NCBI GenBank assembly: GCA_963662435.1
Contig: OY759598.1
Span: 2,140,507 to 2,204,506 of the forward strand
Reading direction: 5' to 3'
Origin: Dehalococcoidia bacterium
Lineage (GTDB): Bacteria > Chloroflexota > Dehalococcoidia > Lucifugimonadales > VXLM01
Length of the DNA: 64,000 bases
Shown piece by piece: positions 58,925 to 64,000 of the stretch (the stretch's first letter is position 1; each line of letters begins with the position of its first letter). The position numbers were made by a program, and so were the translations under genes. The notes beneath the pieces were generated by a model. That model had not been told where the DNA came from, did no database searches, and saw only the letters and a program-made list of their open reading frames with translations.

Positions 58925-60406
58925 ATGAAAGAACGACGACTGCTTTTCTACAACGACGCAAGACACTCTTATATCTACTACTACGACCCGCCGTTCCGGC
59001 TTGAAGATGCTTGGAAGCCCGTAGACGAAGTTGTGGGGACGGGGGTCGACACGCTGGTGTACGGGTTCGGTGCTGGGCCGACGATGTTTCACAACACGAA
59101 CGTCGGTGAACGCTGGGGCGACCACCTAGAGTCCTTCCCCTTGGTTGCTGGGTGGAGAGCGTACGAGAACATCAAGAGCCTCAATGAGCGTGGCCTCGAT
59201 CCACTCAAGGTCTTGATCGACCGCGCGCACGAGAAGGGCGTCGAGTTCTTTGGGTCGCTGCGGCAGTCGCACCTGGCCGACCCGGCGGACCGGGACGACG
59301 AGGTCGGCTGGATGTTCAACTGGCAGTTTCGAATCGACCATCCCGAATGGTGCCTGAAGGGGCGGGGGAAATACGCCTTCGACTGGACTCATCCGGAGGT
59401 GCGAGCCGAGCGGTTCGCCATAATCGAGGAGACGGTCAACGAGTACGACGTGGACGGATTTGAGGTGGACTGGACGTTCTGGCCACACTTCTTCGAAGAT
59501 GACGAGGCCGAGGCGAAAGCCCACATCCTGACGGAATACATGTCCGACGTTCGCAGGGCGGTCGATGCAGCGTCCACCAGAAAGGGTAAAAGCATAGCCT
59601 TAGGGGCACGCGTCCTCCCGACGCGTGAGGGCAATTTGGCAGCTGGGATGGACGTGAACACGTGGATCGAGCGGGGCTACCTGGACTTCGTGGTGCCGAC
59701 TGTCTACCAGGACAGGCAAATCGACGCTGACCTGCCGTTTGAGTGGATCGTCGACGTCGCCCACGCGAACGGGTGCAAGGTGTATTCGACCCTGCATGAC
59801 CAGGTCGGAAGCGACAGCGACAATCACGCGACGCTCGACCATTATCGCGCAGGAGCGGCGTCACACAGGTTGAAGGGGGCAGACGGGGTGTATCTGCCGT
59901 GGTTTAAGTGGCCTCACGGCTCAGAAGAGCGAGACCTCCTGGGCAAGATCGGCGATCCCAAGCTGCTGTCGCAGGGCACGAAACACTATGTCGTGCGGCG
60001 GGACTTCGACATTTCGTCTGAGCAATTGTACGGCGCTCAACTCCCAGCCAAGATCGAGGTTGGGCCGGGAGCCCCACCGACCAGCGTGGGTTTCTTCGTA
60101 GCCGACGAGTTTGATACGGAAACGCGGGCGACTCTCCGACTGACAATCTACGATCACACGATCCATGATGAAACGGTCGTGATGCTGAACGGGAAGGAGC
60201 TCACGGTATCGAACGCCTGGCGGACAACATACGGCTTCACGCATGTGGCGCTCGACTTTCCGCTGGAGTCGGGTGCGCTGGTGACCGGCAGAAACAACGT
60301 TTCGATATCCGTCCGATCGAGGCCTGAGAACCTCGGCACCGAGCTTCCGCGACTTGACGGGGTCGAGGTACGGGTCGAATACCCGGAACCGCAGGACTTC
60401 CTGTAG
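58925..60406 (+). CDS. GHL10/DUF187-like TIM-barrel glycoside-hydrolase-like protein (paralog 1)
   Basis: FYNDARH, LIDRAHEKG, DHPEW, FDWTHPEVR, YDVDGFEVD, DFVVP. Confidence 0.7.
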   Translation: MKERRLLFYNDARHSYIYYYDPPFRLEDAWKPVDEVVGTGVDTLVYGFGAGPTMFHNTNVGERWGDHLESFPLVAGWRAYENIKSLNERGLDPLKVLIDRAHEKGVEFFGSLRQSHLADPADRDDEVGWMFNWQFRIDHPEWCLKGRGKYAFDWTHPEVRAERFAIIEETVNEYDVDGFEVDWTFWPHFFEDDEAEAKAHILTEYMSDVRRAVDAASTRKGKSIALGARVLPTREGNLAAGMDVNTWIERGYLDFVVPTVYQDRQIDADLPFEWIVDVAHANGCKVYSTLHDQVGSDSDNHATLDHYRAGAASHRLKGADGVYLPWFKWPHGSEERDLLGKIGDPKLLSQGTKHYVVRRDFDISSEQLYGAQLPAKIEVGPGAPPTSVGFFVADEFDTETRATLRLTIYDHTIHDETVVMLNGKELTVSNAWRTTYGFTHVALDFPLESGALVTGRNNVSISVRSRPENLGTELPRLDGVEVRVEYPEPQDFL

Positions 60407-60480
60407 CGAGGGCTGAGCAGGGGCGACAAGGCGGACAAGTCATCTTACTGGCGAGAGTGCAGAGAAGGGAACACAAACGA

Positions 60481-61953
60481 ATGAGCAAGCGACGACTGAT
60501 CTTCTACGACGACGCCAGGCACTACCATTACTACGTGTACGAGCCTCCGATGAGCATGAGAGAAGCCACGGCGACCATCGATGCGGTGGCGGGTACGGGG
60601 GTCGATACGTTTTCCTGGGGCTTTGGTGTGGGCCCGACAGTCTTCCATGACTCCAAGCACGCCGACGTATTCGCAGCGCACCTGGACGTTATTGCCGACG
60701 TTGCAAGCTGGCGGGCGTACGAGAACACCATGCAGCTGATCAAGCAGGGCCATGATCCCCTGAACGTTATGATAGATCGCGCCCACGAGACCGGCATGGA
60801 CTTCATCGGCAGTCTTCGATTAACCCACTCATCCGATCCTTCGGACGTAGACAACGCCCATAACTGGCAATTCAAGATTGACCACCCTGAATGGGTGCTC
60901 AAGGGCGAAGACTCGCCGGATCGCAAGAACGCATTCAACTGGGTTTACCCGGAGGTTCGAGCCGAGAGGTTCGCCATCGCGGAGGAAACGATAACCCGAT
61001 ACGACGTGGACGGCCTCGAGCTGGACCTGACCTTCGGCCCCTACTACTTCGAGGCTGACGAGGTAGCGGAGAACATGCACGTGTTGACGGACTTTCTGCG
61101 GGACCTAAGGGGTATTGCGAAGAAGGCCGGTGAGATGAAGGGCAAGTCCATCGAAATTGGGGCGAGAATTCTACCGACGCTGGCGGCCAACAACGACACG
61201 GGTTTCGATATTGAAACGTGGTTGGAAGAGGGACTGCTCGATTTCGTCGTTCCCAACGTCTACAGCCACATGCCCATCGACCCGGACTTCCCTTTCGAAT
61301 GGGTGCTCGAGCTTGCACGCAAAGGTGATTGCGAGGTCTACCCAGCCATGGGGTCGGTACTGGGGCCGAACCGTGAGGCATACGCCGGGCTCGAGTACTA
61401 CAGGGCGGCGGCGGCGGCTTACTGGAGTCGGGGAGCCGATGCCTTGTACCTGCCCTGGTTCCCGTGGCCCATTGGTCCGGAGCAGCGGCAGATTCTGACG
61501 GAGATCGGGGATCCTGATGTGCTGTTCGAGAAGCCTAAGCGCTACTACATGACGCCCCGGCAGGACCAGTGCGTCATGTTCGGATACAACGCTCCCCTGC
61601 CGGTGGAGCTCGATGTGGGGCCGGATGCGGCTCCGGCAACGATAAGCCTGACGGTAGTCAAAGACTCCTCCGATGCGAACGCCGTCCTGGAGCTGAAGCT
61701 AGGCGAATCGACCTCACATGACGTGATGAGCGTGCGCCTCAACGGGAAGGAACTGTCACAAAACGACGCGACATACACGACGTACGGGTACACGTACTCG
61801 ACCCTCGAGATTCCATTGGAGTGGGACGATCTTGTCGATGGTTTGAACGAGATATCCGTTGCACACCTATCTCGGCCCTCCAAACTTTCGAGCAAGGTGA
61901 GCCTGGAGGGCGTGGAAATCGGGGTTGACTACGTCACGCCTAAACAGCCGTAA
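60481..61953 (+). CDS. GHL10/DUF187-like TIM-barrel glycoside-hydrolase-like protein (paralog 2)
   Basis: FYDDARH, MIDRAHETG, DHPEW, YPEVRAERF, YDVDGLELD. Colinear with paralog 1. Confidence 0.7.
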   Translation: MSKRRLIFYDDARHYHYYVYEPPMSMREATATIDAVAGTGVDTFSWGFGVGPTVFHDSKHADVFAAHLDVIADVASWRAYENTMQLIKQGHDPLNVMIDRAHETGMDFIGSLRLTHSSDPSDVDNAHNWQFKIDHPEWVLKGEDSPDRKNAFNWVYPEVRAERFAIAEETITRYDVDGLELDLTFGPYYFEADEVAENMHVLTDFLRDLRGIAKKAGEMKGKSIEIGARILPTLAANNDTGFDIETWLEEGLLDFVVPNVYSHMPIDPDFPFEWVLELARKGDCEVYPAMGSVLGPNREAYAGLEYYRAAAAAYWSRGADALYLPWFPWPIGPEQRQILTEIGDPDVLFEKPKRYYMTPRQDQCVMFGYNAPLPVELDVGPDAAPATISLTVVKDSSDANAVLELKLGESTSHDVMSVRLNGKELSQNDATYTTYGYTYSTLEIPLEWDDLVDGLNEISVAHLSRPSKLSSKVSLEGVEIGVDYVTPKQP

Positions 61954-62002
61954 GCGCAGGCCTTCCGGCCAGTATGCAAATCGGGGTCAGGTGGAGACTC
62001 AA

Positions 62003-62323
62003 TCAGCTTCCCGGTGGACTGTAGCCTTCCGTCTTTCTCATCGCGTCATCTATGGTCTCAGGCGAAACGAGAACAGTCGTCTTGATTGAGGCGGCGCCCG
62101 AGGCTCCTACGGAGACGGATACGGCGGCGGCTGAGGCGTCGTCGGGCAAATCTGCGATGACATAGAGGTCGCTATCGCCGAACGCGTAGTAAAAGGCCTC
62201 TATGCTTCCACCCATGGAGGCAGCCAAGTGCTGCGCCATGTCCCGTCGCCCTGTTGCTCCTTCTTCCATTAGGCCGCTTAGACCTTCCATTGTGTAAGAA
62301 CCCTGAAACAGGTACTTTGGCAT
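62003..62323 (-). CDS. GYD-domain protein
   Basis: MPKYLFQGSYT..G...GGSIEAFYYAFGDSD. GGAGG RBS. Confidence 0.85.
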   Translation of the reverse strand: MPKYLFQGSYTMEGLSGLMEEGATGRRDMAQHLAASMGGSIEAFYYAFGDSDLYVIADLPDDASAAAVSVSVGASGAASIKTTVLVSPETIDDAMRKTEGYSPPGS

Positions 62324-62435
62324 TGTCGACCTCCTGATGCGATTGCCATATTGTGCGAAGACTATCAAAGCATAGGAACACTATTCAATTCACCGGGAAC
62401 TTGGGTCACTCTCGCGATAAAATGGTACGAAGGGT

Positions 62436-63929
62436 TCAGCCTAGCAGCACGCGCTCCCTGGTGTAACGGTACATGCCCTCGCGGTCGGGGCGGGACAGTG
62501 CGATGACTATCGCTATGGGCGGGCCAACTCGGCCGATGAACATGGCAGCGGCCAACACGAATTGACTTGCCACCGAAAGGTCGGCAGTGATGCCGGTGCT
62601 GAAGCCGACCGTGCCCAATGCTGAAACGGCCTCGAACAGTAGATCGAGGAAATCATGTTCGCCGCCGTCCAAGAACGTAAGGACCATAGCCGTCGCGTAC
62701 GCAAAGAGGCACCCGAGACTGACGATCACGAGGGCCCAGATTACTTGAACGGCAGGAATGCGTCTCGAGAAGACTACGGTCCTAGTCCTTCCGAAGAGCG
62801 CGGCTGCCATTGCGAATATGATGATGGCGAAGGTGTTGACCTTCACCCCGCCAGCGACCGACGCCGATGCACCGCCGATGAACATGAGGACTATATAGAG
62901 AAGATGGGTCTCTTCTCCCGTCTCCTCGAATCCTGTAGTCGAGAATCCCGAGGTGCGGTTGACTGAATGGAACACCGAGTCTGCAATTTGGTCTGCTAGA
63001 CCGAGTTTGCCCAAGGTGTGCGAGTTCCCGACCTCGGCAAGGAAGTATCCCAAGGCCCCGATCAGGAGGAACGCTCCTGTGAAGATGAGGACGAGCTTGG
63101 AATTCAGAGTGAGCCTGGAGAAGCCTCGCCACTTTACGACATCATCGATCACCCAATAGCTGAGACCTCCCACTACTATGAGTAGAGCAATTGCCCCTGT
63201 AACGATCCTTTCAGAGCGAAATTCCGCGAGGCTGGTGGCATTGGGAAACGATACGAACCCGGCGTTGTTGAACCCGGAAACTCCCTGGAAGAGGCCGTGC
63301 CAGACGGCTTCCCACGGTTCATACATGAATGAGAACCGCGCTGTGAGAACCAGAAAGCCAACCAGCTGGATGGCAATTGCCCATACGACGATGCGCACGG
63401 TTATTGCAGTGATATCCGTGAAAGTCGCGGTGCCCACGGTCTCACGAATCAACAGCCTTTGGGTGAGGGAAATTCGCTGGCCTGCAACGATGAATAGTGC
63501 GCTGGCAATGGTCATGATCCCCAGCCCACCTACGAACATCAAGAGGAGGATGACCGCCTGTCCTCCCAAAGTCCAATAGGACCCCGTGTCCTGGATGATA
63601 AGCCCCGTGACGGTCGCTGCCGAGGTCGCAGTAAACAGCGCATCTATGAATGGTGCAAACCCGTCTCCGTGGTGGGCGAAGGGCATGCTCAGCAGGAGAG
63701 TTCCAATTGCAATCAGGGCTGCGAACGCGTAGATGAGGATGAGCGAGGGGTTCAGAACGGATGACGGTTCGCGGGCCGGGGACAGTTCAATGTGGATTGG
63801 ACGTAGGACATCTCGGCGAGGCCTCCGCACCACCGAGTCCGCCGGCTTAGGTTTCCACTTCCCTACCAAGGGCTTTCTACGTCCTGACTGGCGATCCACA
63901 GCATCACATGAGTGCAAGGAGAGCGCCAA
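62436..63929 (-). CDS. TrkH/KtrB-family potassium uptake permease (start uncertain)
   Basis: ALFTATSAATVTGL, GFNNAGF, RTSGF, MFIGGASASVAGGVK, FEAVSALGTVGFS, MFIGRVG. Confidence 0.93.
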   Translation of the reverse strand: MALSLHSCDAVDRQSGRRKPLVGKWKPKPADSVVRRPRRDVLRPIHIELSPAREPSSVLNPSLILIYAFAALIAIGTLLLSMPFAHHGDGFAPFIDALFTATSAATVTGLIIQDTGSYWTLGGQAVILLLMFVGGLGIMTIASALFIVAGQRISLTQRLLIRETVGTATFTDITAITVRIVVWAIAIQLVGFLVLTARFSFMYEPWEAVWHGLFQGVSGFNNAGFVSFPNATSLAEFRSERIVTGAIALLIVVGGLSYWVIDDVVKWRGFSRLTLNSKLVLIFTGAFLLIGALGYFLAEVGNSHTLGKLGLADQIADSVFHSVNRTSGFSTTGFEETGEETHLLYIVLMFIGGASASVAGGVKVNTFAIIIFAMAAALFGRTRTVVFSRRIPAVQVIWALVIVSLGCLFAYATAMVLTFLDGGEHDFLDLLFEAVSALGTVGFSTGITADLSVASQFVLAAAMFIGRVGPPIAIVIALSRPDREGMYRYTRERVLLG

Positions 63930-64000
63930 ATCGGGCAGCGATGTTTGAATTCCTGAGTACTTCCCTGCCCCGCTAGCTCAGTCCCAGTCTGCCGACTCCG

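Noticed and set aside
1..64000. CRISPR array, rRNA, tRNA, reverse transcriptase/retron/DGR
   Set aside because: I saw no regularly spaced repeat-spacer array, no recognisable RNA gene and no RT motifs. This was by eye; no covariance search was run.
63930..64000. c-di-AMP (ydaO) riboswitch upstream of the TrkH/KtrB gene
   Set aside because: Too little upstream sequence lies in the window and no convincing motif is visible.

Overview
High-GC bacterial window, probably Chloroflexota (Dehalococcoidia/SAR202-like). This is an inference from the paralog-rich catabolic gene content (LLM oxidoreductase, SDRs, amidohydrolases, CoA-transferase III, GHL10-like pair), not from a marker phylogeny. There are three zones. 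(1) 1-16.2 kb is an accessory operon. It centres on a giant membrane-anchored protein of >2,690 aa, open at the window edge: HEAT-repeat solenoid, two tandem transglutaminase-like modules, ~11 Ig-like domains, one TM helix and a DUF4129-like tail. It is followed by a polytopic membrane protein with an SH3b-like end, a MoxR AAA+ ATPase, a DUF58 protein and two more membrane proteins. (2) 16.2-22.9 kb is a decayed large-serine-recombinase locus. It is split by a clean 3,459-bp IS1595-family transposon (30-bp TIRs, 8-bp TSD AAAAGTAT) that carries a P63C-domain gene and a single-chain DNA methyltransferase-HNH nuclease fusion. (3) 23-64 kb holds metabolic and housekeeping genes (aspS, queF, leuC/leuD, dgt-dnaG-rpoD, TrkH, HpnD-like synthase), several tandem paralog pairs, an orphan MNT antitoxin pair inside leuCD, and three copies of a ~65-bp palindromic element lying between convergent genes. 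No rRNA, tRNA or CRISPR array was seen. All product calls come from reading motifs by eye; no database searches were run.
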